From NCBI GenBank assembly GCA_965200315.1, contig OZ241362.1, positions 4,512,001-4,576,000 on the forward strand: DNA of 64,000 nt. Reading direction: 5' to 3'. Under the pieces are notes generated by a model. That model saw nothing but the letters and a program-made list of their open reading frames with translations, made no database searches and was not told the DNA's origin. This stretch comes from Candidatus Latescibacterota bacterium. Lineage in GTDB: Bacteria; Latescibacterota; UBA2968; UBA8231. This document shows, in pieces, positions 28,515 through 38,497 of this stretch; positions within the stretch are counted from its first letter, which is position 1; each line of letters begins with the position of its first letter. The position numbers and the translations under genes are program-made.

Positions 28515-31338
28515 ACAACCCCGAGTACTTAAAGGTCATAATGTAATCCTGTGAGCCTTTCTTCTTGGCTTGAGGTCGGCTGTCGTAAATGTCCCAGCCA
28601 AAGCCGAAGAGAAACTGATCTTTGTAAAAGGAAATGGCCACGCCCAGCGAAATGGCCAGCGAGTTTCCAGTTGAAAGGGCTTCGAGGACATTGCCGATGG
28701 CGGTGAAATGGATGCCGGAAATCAACGGGTTGTCCACGTTGTGCCAGCCGGCAAAGGCCAATCCGGGCAAGCCAATCAGGCGCTCGGTTTGGCCTTGGAC
28801 CGGGTTGCCGTCGGCGTCGGTATAATCGCGCCCGGGACGGATCGTCAAAAAGGAAACCAGCGGCTTGGCCTCAAATTCCCACTTCCAGCCCCCGGCTTCC
28901 AAAAGTTGCGACACGCTCTGCGGCGGGGCACCCGGGTAGCTATGGGTAGTGATTTTGAGCCGCACTCGGCGATTGTCTTCTTCCGATAGCTGCAAGTTGA
29001 GATCCTCGGCCAAGACGCGCCCACCGCTAGACTCGTAGATTGTGACCTTCTTCTTTTGGATACTGCCTTTGGGGGCGTAGTTCTCGTCGAGCCGGGTCCA
29101 CTCGACGACCATCTCGCGACCGATTAGCGCCCGCCGCAGCGAGTCGGGAATCGCAAAGGCCACATCCACTTTGGTGCCGTCTTTTTGCACCACCGGAGTA
29201 TTGCTCCAGCCGACGGCCAAGGGCTGGGTCTGCTCGCCGCGCGAGACCAAGACCTCGACAATCTGCGCCAAGTGGATATCTGCGAGTACCCCGTGCCCCT
29301 TGTATTCGAGTGGACGGGCGCGGTCCTTGACGTCGTTGCTGACCAACAAAACGCGCCCGCGGCGCTCGCCTAAGGCATCGGGTGTAAAAAAGAGCGTGAG
29401 GCGTGTGGACTCGCCCGGGGCCAGCGCGAATTGCGCCGGCTCAACGTGAGCCTCCTCGCTCTGGGGATGCGCTTCGACTTGCAGCACAGTATCGCCGACG
29501 TTGGTGGCCACGAAGGTCCTTTCCGCCTGCTCCCCCAAGGCCACGTAGCCAAAATCGACGACGCCCGCCGGATTCAGCTCGATTTCCGCGGCCACGCCGT
29601 TGCCCTTGAGCAAGATGTCGAGCGCCATGATCTCATTTGCGCCCAAGCCGTCCAAGCGCAAGGTTCCCGAAATCGCTCCGCGGGCCGACGGGCTGAAGGA
29701 CACGTGCAGCGGCAAGGTGCGCTGGCTGTGGGCCGGCAGCAGGAACCTACTGTCGGCGTCGATTGGGGTGTGGGCGGTAAATTCGGCGCTCATCGAGCGA
29801 AGCTGGTGAATCTCAAAGTCGGCGTTGCCCACATTGGCTATTTCGAGGACTCGGCTGCTGCTTTCGCCAACGGCGACTCGGCCGAAGTCCACGGTCGCCG
29901 GGCTGAGGGCGAAAAACTGGCCTACGCCCTGCAAGCGCACGATCTGACGCTCGGCTTCGGCCTCGACGTGGAGGGTAGCTTGACGAGGACCGGATTCCTT
30001 GGGCGAGAAACTCAGCGCCACTTGGACGCTGGCTTTAGGCTGGACGAGGACCGAGTGTTGTTCGAGACCAAATTCAACGCCCTCATCTGCGGCCACGGCG
30101 ACCTCCACTACACCCGGCTGGCCGCCCCTGTTCCACAACAGCAAATAGCCGTGCGCAGTCCCGCCGATGGGTACGCTGCCGAAGTCAATGTCATCACTGA
30201 TAATCTCGATGCGCGGCGGGCTGATCTGACCGCGACCTACGAGGGAAATGGCCACTTCGGCGGCTTGCGGATCGCTAGTGTACAGGCGCAAGATGCCCCT
30301 TTGATCGCCTTCGCTCTGCGGCACAAACGCCGCACTTAGGTCGAGCCGCCCTTGGGGACCAATGGTCGCCGACGAGTCCCCGACCCCGAGGGCAAAGGCC
30401 GCGCCCTCAAGGGCGACGTTTTCAATGTGCAACTCGGCTTGGCCCTGATTGAGGACCGTAACGCGGCGTGTCAGGCGCTGGCCCACTTCGACAGCGCCAA
30501 AGTCGAGGCCCACTTGCGGCAGGGGCGAAAAAGCCGCTTGCGGCACCAAACCGCTCCCCCGCAGGGGAATAGACCAATCCCCAAAGTCAGGCGAGGCGAC
30601 GACTAATTCAGCCTCGACCGGCTCCATGCGCGTCGGGGCGAACGCAACGTCGATCCGCGTTTCATCGCCGGGAGCAGGCCAAGGGCCAACTTCGCCTTCA
30701 ACGCTAAAGGGACCCTGTAGGTCGGCAACTTTCATCTGCCCCGCCGTAACGGGCGCGGTGCCGGTGTTTTTGACGATAACGGCCGCCGTCGCCACTTGCC
30801 CGACGGGCACTGAGCCAAAATCCAGCCCTTCGGTTGGCAAAATCACTATAGTCGGAACGACGGCTACCGCTTGCAGCGGCACGACCAAGCGCTCGTCTTT
30901 GAACAAGGCAGCTACCTGCAAAGTCAGTTCGCCTGCATATTCCCCGGCCGCAGGGGCGCTGAAGCGCACTTCAACGCGGCTGACGGCCTTGCCATCCAAG
31001 CGCAGCGTATCTGATAACGCGCTAAAGCCGTCGCCGCTAATACCGACGATCACTTCGAGCGCGTCGTCTTGCAGATTTTCGACGGAAACGGATGCTCGCG
31101 TCTCCACGCCGACGCCGACCACACCCAAGTCGAGCGCATTCAGGTCAATGGCGAGAGGTTGGGCGCGCAGAACCGCTGGCAGAATCAGGAGGACGAGCAG
31201 AGGCAAAAAAGAAGAGCGACCAACCCGCCAGAATACCGAATACAATGTTTGTCGAAGTTCCACGTCGTAGAGGAGTGGAAAACTTCCTCTGAGGTATTCT
31301 TCACGCCGATTCAGGTCGCTCTCTGTTAGCTGAAACAT
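28507..31338 (-). CDS. Secreted protein with six ASH/choice-of-anchor-D-type Ig repeats and a beta-rich C-terminus
   Basis: Six D(F/L)G.V..G...V.N.G repeats ~105 aa apart; signal peptide ...LPLLVLLILPAVLRAQP (true start may be downstream of 31338). Confidence 0.75.
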   Translation of the reverse strand: MFQLTESDLNRREEYLRGSFPLLYDVELRQTLYSVFWRVGRSSFLPLLVLLILPAVLRAQPLAIDLNALDLGVVGVGVETRASVSVENLQDDALEVIVGISGDGFSALSDTLRLDGKAVSRVEVRFSAPAAGEYAGELTLQVAALFKDERLVVPLQAVAVVPTIVILPTEGLDFGSVPVGQVATAAVIVKNTGTAPVTAGQMKVADLQGPFSVEGEVGPWPAPGDETRIDVAFAPTRMEPVEAELVVASPDFGDWSIPLRGSGLVPQAAFSPLPQVGLDFGAVEVGQRLTRRVTVLNQGQAELHIENVALEGAAFALGVGDSSATIGPQGRLDLSAAFVPQSEGDQRGILRLYTSDPQAAEVAISLVGRGQISPPRIEIISDDIDFGSVPIGGTAHGYLLLWNRGGQPGVVEVAVAADEGVEFGLEQHSVLVQPKASVQVALSFSPKESGPRQATLHVEAEAERQIVRLQGVGQFFALSPATVDFGRVAVGESSSRVLEIANVGNADFEIHQLRSMSAEFTAHTPIDADSRFLLPAHSQRTLPLHVSFSPSARGAISGTLRLDGLGANEIMALDILLKGNGVAAEIELNPAGVVDFGYVALGEQAERTFVATNVGDTVLQVEAHPQSEEAHVEPAQFALAPGESTRLTLFFTPDALGERRGRVLLVSNDVKDRARPLEYKGHGVLADIHLAQIVEVLVSRGEQTQPLAVGWSNTPVVQKDGTKVDVAFAIPDSLRRALIGREMVVEWTRLDENYAPKGSIQKKKVTIYESSGGRVLAEDLNLQLSEEDNRRVRLKITTHSYPGAPPQSVSQLLEAGGWKWEFEAKPLVSFLTIRPGRDYTDADGNPVQGQTERLIGLPGLAFAGWHNVDNPLISGIHFTAIGNVLEALSTGNSLAISLGVAISFYKDQFLFGFGWDIYDSRPQAKKKGSQDYIMTFKYSGLFK

Positions 31339-31359
31339 ACGTTTAAATAAACTACCGTG

Positions 31360-32547
31360 TCAAGCAGAGAGAATCTGCTCCAAGCCCCCGACGAGCCGAT
31401 CCATGCCCTCGGCCACATCCTCTTGGCGCAGGGCGCCGTAGGCAACGCGCAAATAGCAGTCCGCGCTCAATCCGAAGGCATTGCCGGGAATGACGGCAAC
31501 CTTGTGTTCCCGCACCAAGCGAGCGACCACGTCCATGGCGTCGAGGTCGGTTTGCAGACGCATTAATACATAAAAAGCGCCTTCGGCTGCCGGCACGTGT
31601 ACGCGCTCGCCGAGCGCTTTGAGCCGCTCTAGGCAAAGCCGACGCACCGCATCCATATCCGCTAGATGGTCCTTGCAGTACGCGGCTCCAGCCGCGAGGG
31701 CACCGAGCGCGGCGCGTTGCGAAATAACCGGCGGGCAGATGAGCAGGGTGTCTTGGATTTTTTCCAGCGCGCCCAGCAGGTGCCGTGGGGCCACGAGGTA
31801 GCCGACCCGCCAACTGGCGAGTCCGTATGCCTTAGAAAAGGAAAATAGCGAGATAGTGTACGCCGCGCTTTCAGGCAGTGAGCCGGGCGAAAAGTGCTGA
31901 GCCGCACCGTAAGTAAAGTACTCGTACGCCTCGTCGGCAAAGTGGTAGAGACCGCGCTCGCGGCAGAGCCGATTGACTGCCGCCAAGTCTGCGGGCCGAT
32001 AGACCGCGCCCGTCGGGTTGTTCGGCGAGATCGTGACAATGGCGCGGGTGCGCACCGTAATCGCGGCCTCAATCGCGTCGAGATCGAGCTGGTAGGCATC
32101 GTCCGTAGCCACAAGGACGGCCCGGCAATTGGCCATGCCTACAGCCATTTCGTGATTAAAGTAAAAGGGCGACATCACGACGATCTCATCGCTTGGGTCG
32201 GCAACGGCGAGCAAGGCGTGATAAAAGCCCATGTTGGAGCCGGCCGTGACCATAAGTATCTGGTCGTTGCCCACCTCGATTTGATTTTCGTCCGCGAGTT
32301 TTTGGCGCAGCTCTTCCCTGAGTTCGGGCAGGCCGCGGGCGGCCTGATAGTGGTGCTCGGCCATCGCGCCGCCGAAGCGAGCAAGTGCCTGCATGGCCTG
32401 CGGTGGCGGCGGGTAATGCACCACGCCCTGACCGAGAGAAATGGTGCCCGGATTGTCGCGGATAAGGGCGGCCACGTGCGGGATCACCGGGCTTTGTACC
32501 GCCTGCATGCGCTTTGAGTCGCGCAATGTACCTTCACACTCGTGCAT
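31360..32547 (-). CDS. PLP-dependent class I/II aminotransferase
   Basis: ISLGQG, ISPNNPTG, DEAYEYF, SFSKAYGLASWRVGY. Confidence 0.93.
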   Translation of the reverse strand: MHECEGTLRDSKRMQAVQSPVIPHVAALIRDNPGTISLGQGVVHYPPPPQAMQALARFGGAMAEHHYQAARGLPELREELRQKLADENQIEVGNDQILMVTAGSNMGFYHALLAVADPSDEIVVMSPFYFNHEMAVGMANCRAVLVATDDAYQLDLDAIEAAITVRTRAIVTISPNNPTGAVYRPADLAAVNRLCRERGLYHFADEAYEYFTYGAAQHFSPGSLPESAAYTISLFSFSKAYGLASWRVGYLVAPRHLLGALEKIQDTLLICPPVISQRAALGALAAGAAYCKDHLADMDAVRRLCLERLKALGERVHVPAAEGAFYVLMRLQTDLDAMDVVARLVREHKVAVIPGNAFGLSADCYLRVAYGALRQEDVAEGMDRLVGGLEQILSA

Positions 32548-32579
32548 GAGCTATTTGCTTTGCGGAGGCAAGAAGGGAG

Positions 32580-33127
32580 TTATGCTTCTATGCCGATGAT
32601 GACCAAAGGAACCGCTGGCACACCACGGCCTTGCCTGATTACATTGTACAGCTCCCCCTCGTAGTAAGCCACCCCGGAACTCATTTGCGACTGTAATATT
32701 TTCATTGGCAATATCTCAATACCCACATCGATCTGATCGCCAATTCGATAGCTACTCGATCTTTTATGAAATCAGTTTGATTGTAGCTAAAAATCGGCTC
32801 ATGACCTGATTGTGCGATTTCCTTTTTCTGAATTTCAGGAGGCATGGCAAGTGTTGTTCTTATTAATCTCTCATCTTTAGTCACCCAATAGTTTACGCGA
32901 CTTTCATACCATCCCTTCGATTCTAGCAGCCTCTTAAACGCTCCATTCATCTCAACAGGACTGTACAGTAAGCGACCTTGCATGGTTTTCTCTTTTGATA
33001 CTTTTGTTTTGCAAACTTCACCATCTACTTGCTCAATGACTTCCTCTATCTCTGTCCAGAGATGTGGATGATGAACGAGTAGATACTCAAGTCCATTTAG
33101 GTGAGAGTACCTTTCAACTATCTTCAC
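32580..33127 (-). pseudogene. BglII/BstYI-family type II restriction endonuclease, internally deleted and frameshifted
   Basis: N-part YSHLNGLE...SYNQTDFIKDRVAIE; C-part continues in another frame GDQIDVGIEILPMK...MSSGVAYYEGELYNVIRQGRGVPAVPLVIIGIEA* ending at 32580. Confidence 0.85.
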
Positions 33128-34077
33128 GTTGCCTCCCTCTTTTCTTTAATTAAAGATAGCTGATCGGACTCTCTCTCTTGCGATCCGAAAGGCGACACGG
33201 CTAATTTATTATTTTTTGCTTTAGGATCGTATTTAGGTTTATTCATAGGCCTTGTCTTCAAGGTTCCGTTTATTGCACTTTGCACCCTGTCTCGGGCGAT
33301 ATCGACGTACTTTTCTTCTATTTCTGCGCCGACGCCGCGGCGGCTGTTTTTTATTGCAGCAATAATAGAGGTTCCGGTCCCCAAGAATGGATCCAAGACC
33401 CAGTCACCTTCATTAGTCATAGACAAAACAAGTCGCTCGATTAATTCGACTGGGAACTGGCAGGGATGTTGGGTTTTTTCTACGTGATTGCTTTTGACAT
33501 TTGGAACGTCCCAGAGATCACCCGGATTTTTCCCAAGTGGATTACAAGAATACTGCCCGGCTCGCGGACCCTTAAAATACTTCTTCGCCGGATATTTCTG
33601 TGGAACCCGCACCGGGTCGAGGTTGAAAATGTAGCCTTTTGTTTTTTTAGTAAACCAATTTATTGTTTCGTAGCGACCCGAAAACCTTCTCGAACAGTGC
33701 AGGCCGTGTTCAAAGTGCCAAACGATTCTGTTTCTCATAACGAGATGTTGCTCTTGAAATATCGGAAAGAGAATGGTATCGAGGGGTATAATTGAGCCGT
33801 CGTTTACGTAATTGCCCACTTGCCAACAAATACTACCAGAATGGGCGAGAACGCGGCCGCATTCCTTTACGACCGCTCTTTGTTGTTCCATGTACGTTTC
33901 AATATCAAGTCTTTTTTCGTATTCCTTACCTATGTTGTACGGAGGCGATGTAACGACTAATTGGATCGAATTATCTGGAATGGACGCGAATAAGTCCATG
34001 CAGTTGCCATGAAAAACTACGGCCCGTTCCTCGCCGTCAAATTCTTCCGTTATTTTTTTAGCTAAGCCGAACATCAT
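33124..34077 (-). CDS. Beta-class amino (N4-C/N6-A) DNA methyltransferase
   Basis: VTSPPYN precedes HPCQFP and VLDPFLGTGTS; low-GC island with the REase; alternative start at 34140. Confidence 0.93.
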   Translation of the reverse strand: MMFGLAKKITEEFDGEERAVVFHGNCMDLFASIPDNSIQLVVTSPPYNIGKEYEKRLDIETYMEQQRAVVKECGRVLAHSGSICWQVGNYVNDGSIIPLDTILFPIFQEQHLVMRNRIVWHFEHGLHCSRRFSGRYETINWFTKKTKGYIFNLDPVRVPQKYPAKKYFKGPRAGQYSCNPLGKNPGDLWDVPNVKSNHVEKTQHPCQFPVELIERLVLSMTNEGDWVLDPFLGTGTSIIAAIKNSRRGVGAEIEEKYVDIARDRVQSAINGTLKTRPMNKPKYDPKAKNNKLAVSPFGSQERESDQLSLIKEKREAT

Positions 34078-34187
34078 TTTAGTATTACCCCATTTTCTGT
34101 CGCATGTAGCTGGAGATCGACGGAATAGCGTCTCAATCACAAGATCGTTCTGCGTCTCATCTTCCGCAACTTCGCTTCCGTCCGTCC

Positions 34188-35093
34188 CTAGCGCAACACC
34201 TCTTGCAACCGCTCGAACAGACGATCAATTTCAGCGCACGTCTCCGCATCGAGCGCAAAGCTCAGGGGGCCGCGGTGGACTTGGTTGGGAAAGAGGCCGC
34301 GCTTGTGCATTAGGTAGCGCTCGACCACGATGAAGCCGTCCAAGCCCCCTTGAATCTGCAGCGTACACAGCGCGCAAATGGGGAAATATAGCTGGTATGC
34401 GCGTACTTCGTCGCCGGCTGCCAGAGCGCGCCACAGAGCCACCGTGCCGTCGAGCAGCTCGACGCCGGGAATGGTTCCGCGAATGCCGCGGCGGAAGGAA
34501 TCGATCAGCAGCAAGCCGCCGCTGCCTTCAAATATGCCAGCCCGGCCCTCGGTGTGGTCGCGCAGGGCCGAGATGCAAGGCCCCAAAGGAGTGGCCTCGG
34601 GTTTGAAGAGGGCGCGGTCGCCAAAGTCGCCAAACAGCGACGCTTGAAATTCAATGCTCATGGGATTGCCGACATACGAACTGGCGTCTTGGATCATGAC
34701 CGGGATGGAGACCTCGGCGAGCAGAGCGGCAAAATAAGCGCGCAATTCGCTCTCGCCCAAGGCGCGGGAAATCGGCGGAATGGCCATGACAGCCGCGGCA
34801 CCGCCGTCTTCGGCAGCGCGGGCGTAGAGCCGGGCTTGGGCCGTGCTCTCGGCCCCAACGCCGATGATGACTGGACCGCGCCCGCGGGCGAACTCCACTA
34901 GCCGGGCTGGAAGCGCCAGCCGCTCGGCAGCCGTCAGACGCAACAGATCGGATACCAAGGCGAGACAAAACCCGTGCGCTCCCGTCTCGAAAAGGTAATC
35001 GACTTCGCTTTCCAATACGGCGTAATCAATGGCTTGGTCGTCGGTGTACGGCATGTGGACGACCGGCAGAACGTCTTTGATTTGGTAGCTCAT
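34188..35093 (-). CDS. Dihydrodipicolinate synthase family lyase
   Basis: LTAAER, PVIIGVGA, MAIPP, VMIQD, FKPE. Confidence 0.88.
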   Translation of the reverse strand: MSYQIKDVLPVVHMPYTDDQAIDYAVLESEVDYLFETGAHGFCLALVSDLLRLTAAERLALPARLVEFARGRGPVIIGVGAESTAQARLYARAAEDGGAAAVMAIPPISRALGESELRAYFAALLAEVSIPVMIQDASSYVGNPMSIEFQASLFGDFGDRALFKPEATPLGPCISALRDHTEGRAGIFEGSGGLLLIDSFRRGIRGTIPGVELLDGTVALWRALAAGDEVRAYQLYFPICALCTLQIQGGLDGFIVVERYLMHKRGLFPNQVHRGPLSFALDAETCAEIDRLFERLQEVLR

Positions 35094-35944
35094 AGTCGTT
35101 GGCTCCGGCGCACACGGCGCAGGATGGCAAAGAGGTGTTCGGCGATCTCGTCGTTGGCCGCCGCCAAGAAGTGCCCGAATTTGCGACGCTGGGTATAGGC
35201 CGGGCGGCGGCGTTGTCCAATGTAGCAGTGCGCCCCGGCTTCTTCGGCAATCAGCGACGGCGGGCCGACGTCATAGACTTCGACTTGGCGCGTCAGGTAC
35301 GCACACAGCGCCCCCTCGGCGATCTCCGTTAGGACCAATGCCGCACCAATGGGGCTTTCGCACGGGTTCAGCGTGGGGCGGACGAGGGCCTGATAAGGGC
35401 GGGCCTTCGAGGAAATGAAAGCCCTGTTCGTGCGCGGCTCAGCGGGTAGCCGCAAGCGCTGCGGGCGGCCATGGCCGACGCGCACGAAAGCACCCTTGCC
35501 CTTGATGGCGGTAAAAATTTTATCCTCTGAGGGCCGTGCGACAATCGCGGCGACCATCTGGCCATCGCAGGCCAAGCCGATGACGATGTGATAAGGAGCG
35601 TCGCCCCGCTTGAAGTGCAAGGTGCCGTCAATGGGATCGAGAATGACCACGTAGGGCGAGGTGTTGCCGGCAAAGCGCTTCTTGAGCGGCGTGCGCTCTT
35701 CGGCAATGCAGCGCACAAACGGAAAGTGCTGGAGCACGGCCGCGAGAAGAATATCCTGCACAGCCGCGTCGAGGACCGTAAAGGCCGTGGACGCGTCTTG
35801 CGCCTTGCTGCCGATGAGGCTGGTGTCCGCGGCCTTGCCAATGTCGGCGACTTGGCCATAGAAAATCAGCGAGGCGCGGGCGCATTGGCCGACGACCGGC
35901 AGTAGCGCGTCGATAAAGTCGTCGGGGGCGATGTTTTCGGCCAT
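35090..35944 (-). CDS. Inositol monophosphatase family protein
   Basis: IAEE, ILDPIDGTLHF, YDVGPPSLIAEEAG. Confidence 0.85.
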   Translation of the reverse strand: MAENIAPDDFIDALLPVVGQCARASLIFYGQVADIGKAADTSLIGSKAQDASTAFTVLDAAVQDILLAAVLQHFPFVRCIAEERTPLKKRFAGNTSPYVVILDPIDGTLHFKRGDAPYHIVIGLACDGQMVAAIVARPSEDKIFTAIKGKGAFVRVGHGRPQRLRLPAEPRTNRAFISSKARPYQALVRPTLNPCESPIGAALVLTEIAEGALCAYLTRQVEVYDVGPPSLIAEEAGAHCYIGQRRRPAYTQRRKFGHFLAAANDEIAEHLFAILRRVRRSQRL

Positions 35945-35963
35945 GATATAGCAATTTTACATC

Positions 35964-36020
35964 ATGTACAAGGTGATCCGCAGATGGACGCAGATAGACG
36001 CAGAATAGGAGCCACAAGAC
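35964..36020 (+). repeat. Dispersed ~57-bp element with 10-bp tandem units (CGCAGATRGA), copy 1
   Basis: ATGTACAAGG-TGATC-CGCAGATGGA-CGCAGATAGA-CGCAGAATAG-GAGCCACAAGAC; its reverse complement recurs at 61306-61367. Confidence 0.8.
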
Positions 36021-36057
36021 CATCCACCGCTTGAATCTTCAAATCATATATAATAGA

Positions 36058-36088
36058 AGTGCCCGGCTCCCACGAGGAACCGGGCACT
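36058..36088 (-). terminator. Hairpin terminator after the molybdoenzyme gene
   Basis: AGTGCCCGG...CCGGGCACT stem ~20 bp past the stop, followed by an AT-rich tract. Confidence 0.65.
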
Positions 36089-36108
36089 AATGCTCAGCGC
36101 GTGGCCTC

Positions 36109-38418
36109 TCAGCCGGCCGCTACCTCTAGCGAATGCTCCTGCAAGGCAGCGATGACCCGGTCTGGACTCATCGGCAGTTCGCCCAAGCGGCAACCCAAGG
36201 CATCGTACATGGCGTTGGCAATGGCGGCCATTGGTGGGACCAAGGGCACTTCGCCAACGCCGCGGATCCCGTGCGGGCTGGCCGGATTGGGCACTTCGAC
36301 CAAAATCGTCTCGATCAAGGGAATGTCAAAGGTGGTCGGCATCCGATAGTCGAGGAAGGTCGGGTTGGCCATCTGGCCATCGGCCGTGTAGAAGTAGCCC
36401 TCGGTGAGTGCCCAGCCAATGCCCTGCACGGCCCCGCCTTGGATCTGACCTTCGACATACGAGGGGTGAATGGCCTTGCCCACGTCTTGCACCGCGGTGT
36501 AACGCAAAATTTTGACCTTGCCGGTGTCTGGATCGACCTCCACATCAACGATGTGTACAGCGAAGGCATTGCCCGGGCCGCCGGCGTTGATTGTGCCCTT
36601 GCCAGTGATCGGGCCGCCGGTGCTGCCCTGATTGGCGGCGACCTCCGCAAAGGTGAGCCGCTGAGCGGGATCGGATTTGCAGACAAAGCTGCCGTCATCG
36701 AACTCGATGTCGTCTTCGGCGACCTCTAGCTGCCGCGCCGCGCGCCGGCACATTTCGGCCTTGACGTCCTCGGCCGCATTGTAGCAGGCATGGCCCGTAG
36801 CATAGCACACGCGGCTGCCGCCGGTGCCGCCGGTAAAGCCAATCGAGCTGGTGTCCGGGATGGAGGGATTGATGTCCTCGGCCCCCAGCCCCAAAGTCTC
36901 GGCGACGATCATGGCCATGGCGGCGCGACTGCCGCCGATGTCAACCGACCCTTCGGTGAGGTTGATGGTGCCGTTGTCGTTGACCGCAATGGCGGCCGAA
37001 GACATGCCGCCGCCGTTAAACCAAAAGCCACCCGCCACGCCGCGCCCTCGATAGGGGCCTTCGAGCTTGGTGTGGTAGTGCTCCGAGTCCTTGGCGGCTT
37101 GCACGGTTTGCTCGCAGCCGATCTGCCCGTACACCGTGCCGTCGGCGCGGCGCGTCCCCTCTTTAGCGGAATTCTGCAACCGCATCTCCAGCGGGTCCAT
37201 GCCGATTTTTTCGGCCAACTCGTCGATGGCGCTTTCGGAGGCAAAGGCCGCGTTGGGGGCCCCAGGGGCGCGGTAGGCCGAGGACTTGGGCTTGTTTACT
37301 ACCACGTCGTACGCGTCAATGGTGACATTGGCGATGTTGTACGGCGCGAGGATACACTGCGCTCCCGCCCCCACGGCCGAGCCGGGATAGGCCCCGGCCT
37401 CGTAGGCCATGTAGCAATGGGCCGCGGTGATCGTGCCGTCGTTTTTGGCCCCCATCTTAATTTTCATATAGGAGCCGGGAGCCGGGCCAGTCCCCTGAAA
37501 GACCTCGGTGCGGCTCATGATCATTTTGACCGGCTGACCGGTTTTGTGCGACATAATGGCCGCGGCGGGTTCCATATAGGTGGGGAACTTGCCGCCGAAG
37601 CCGCCGCCGATTTCGCAGGGGATAACCTTGACTTTGGAGACCGGTACGTTGAGCACTTCCGACACCTGTGAGCGGATCTCAAAAGGCCCTTGCGTGCTTA
37701 CCCACACGGTGACGCTGCCGTCGTTTTTCCACCAGACGGTCGTGTTGTGCGGCTCAATGTAGCCCTGGTGAATGGTGGCCGTGTGAAATTCGCGCTCGAC
37801 AATCACGTCGGCCGCGGCAAAGCCCGCTTCGAGGTCGCCCATAGCGTGCTGATTGTGGGTGGCGATATTGCTCTTCTTGCCCGTATCCTCGCCGAGGGCG
37901 CGCGTGGTGCGCTCTTCGTCGAGGAGTGGGGCATCGTCGCGCATGGCCGCACGAATATCCACGACCGGCTCCAAGACCTTGTACTCGACCTCGATTAGGT
38001 CGAGGGCCTCTTCGGCGATGTGGGGGCTGACCGCGCACACGGCCGCGACCGCGTGGCCCGTATAGAGCACCTTGCCCGAAGCCAGCGAGTTTTTGGCGAT
38101 CTCGCGCACATTGACCATCGTCTCGCCAAGGTGCGATAGCTTATCGACGGTCTCGACCAAGTCGTCGGCCGTGGCCACGGCGCGCACTCCGTCAAGGGCG
38201 AGGGCCTTGGAGGTGTCGATCGAGAGAATCTCGGCGTGAGGGTGCGGGCTGCGCAGGACCTTGCCGTAGAGCAGGCCCGGCAGGCGCACGTCGGCCCCGT
38301 ACACCGCGGCCCCGGTGACCTTATCGACGCCGTCGTGGCGGATGGGGCGGGTGCCGATGACTTTGTACTTGCCGTCGGACGTGTAGTTGGGATAATCTTT
38401 GCTAGAAAAAGCAGCCAT
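36109..38418 (-). CDS. Xanthine dehydrogenase family molybdopterin-binding large subunit
   Basis: DKVTGAAVY, LRSPHPHA, QGYIEPH, IGGGFGGK, AYRAPG, GQIQGGAVQGIG, GVGE. Confidence 0.93.
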   Translation of the reverse strand: MAAFSSKDYPNYTSDGKYKVIGTRPIRHDGVDKVTGAAVYGADVRLPGLLYGKVLRSPHPHAEILSIDTSKALALDGVRAVATADDLVETVDKLSHLGETMVNVREIAKNSLASGKVLYTGHAVAAVCAVSPHIAEEALDLIEVEYKVLEPVVDIRAAMRDDAPLLDEERTTRALGEDTGKKSNIATHNQHAMGDLEAGFAAADVIVEREFHTATIHQGYIEPHNTTVWWKNDGSVTVWVSTQGPFEIRSQVSEVLNVPVSKVKVIPCEIGGGFGGKFPTYMEPAAAIMSHKTGQPVKMIMSRTEVFQGTGPAPGSYMKIKMGAKNDGTITAAHCYMAYEAGAYPGSAVGAGAQCILAPYNIANVTIDAYDVVVNKPKSSAYRAPGAPNAAFASESAIDELAEKIGMDPLEMRLQNSAKEGTRRADGTVYGQIGCEQTVQAAKDSEHYHTKLEGPYRGRGVAGGFWFNGGGMSSAAIAVNDNGTINLTEGSVDIGGSRAAMAMIVAETLGLGAEDINPSIPDTSSIGFTGGTGGSRVCYATGHACYNAAEDVKAEMCRRAARQLEVAEDDIEFDDGSFVCKSDPAQRLTFAEVAANQGSTGGPITGKGTINAGGPGNAFAVHIVDVEVDPDTGKVKILRYTAVQDVGKAIHPSYVEGQIQGGAVQGIGWALTEGYFYTADGQMANPTFLDYRMPTTFDIPLIETILVEVPNPASPHGIRGVGEVPLVPPMAAIANAMYDALGCRLGELPMSPDRVIAALQEHSLEVAAG

Positions 38419-38434
38419 GAAGCACTCCTTCTTG

Positions 38435-38462
38435 GGAATTAGGAATTAGGAATTAGGAATTT
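38435..38462. repeat. 7-bp tandem repeat (GGAATTA)x3 plus GGAATTT
   Basis: Direct reading; immediately upstream of the xdh RBS. Confidence 0.85.
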
Positions 38463-38497
38463 GAATGCGATAGACTCTGGCGTCAAGTGAGCTTTTA

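Noticed and set aside
35979-36008. 10-bp tandem units as a degenerate CRISPR
   Set aside because: No spacers and the units are too short.
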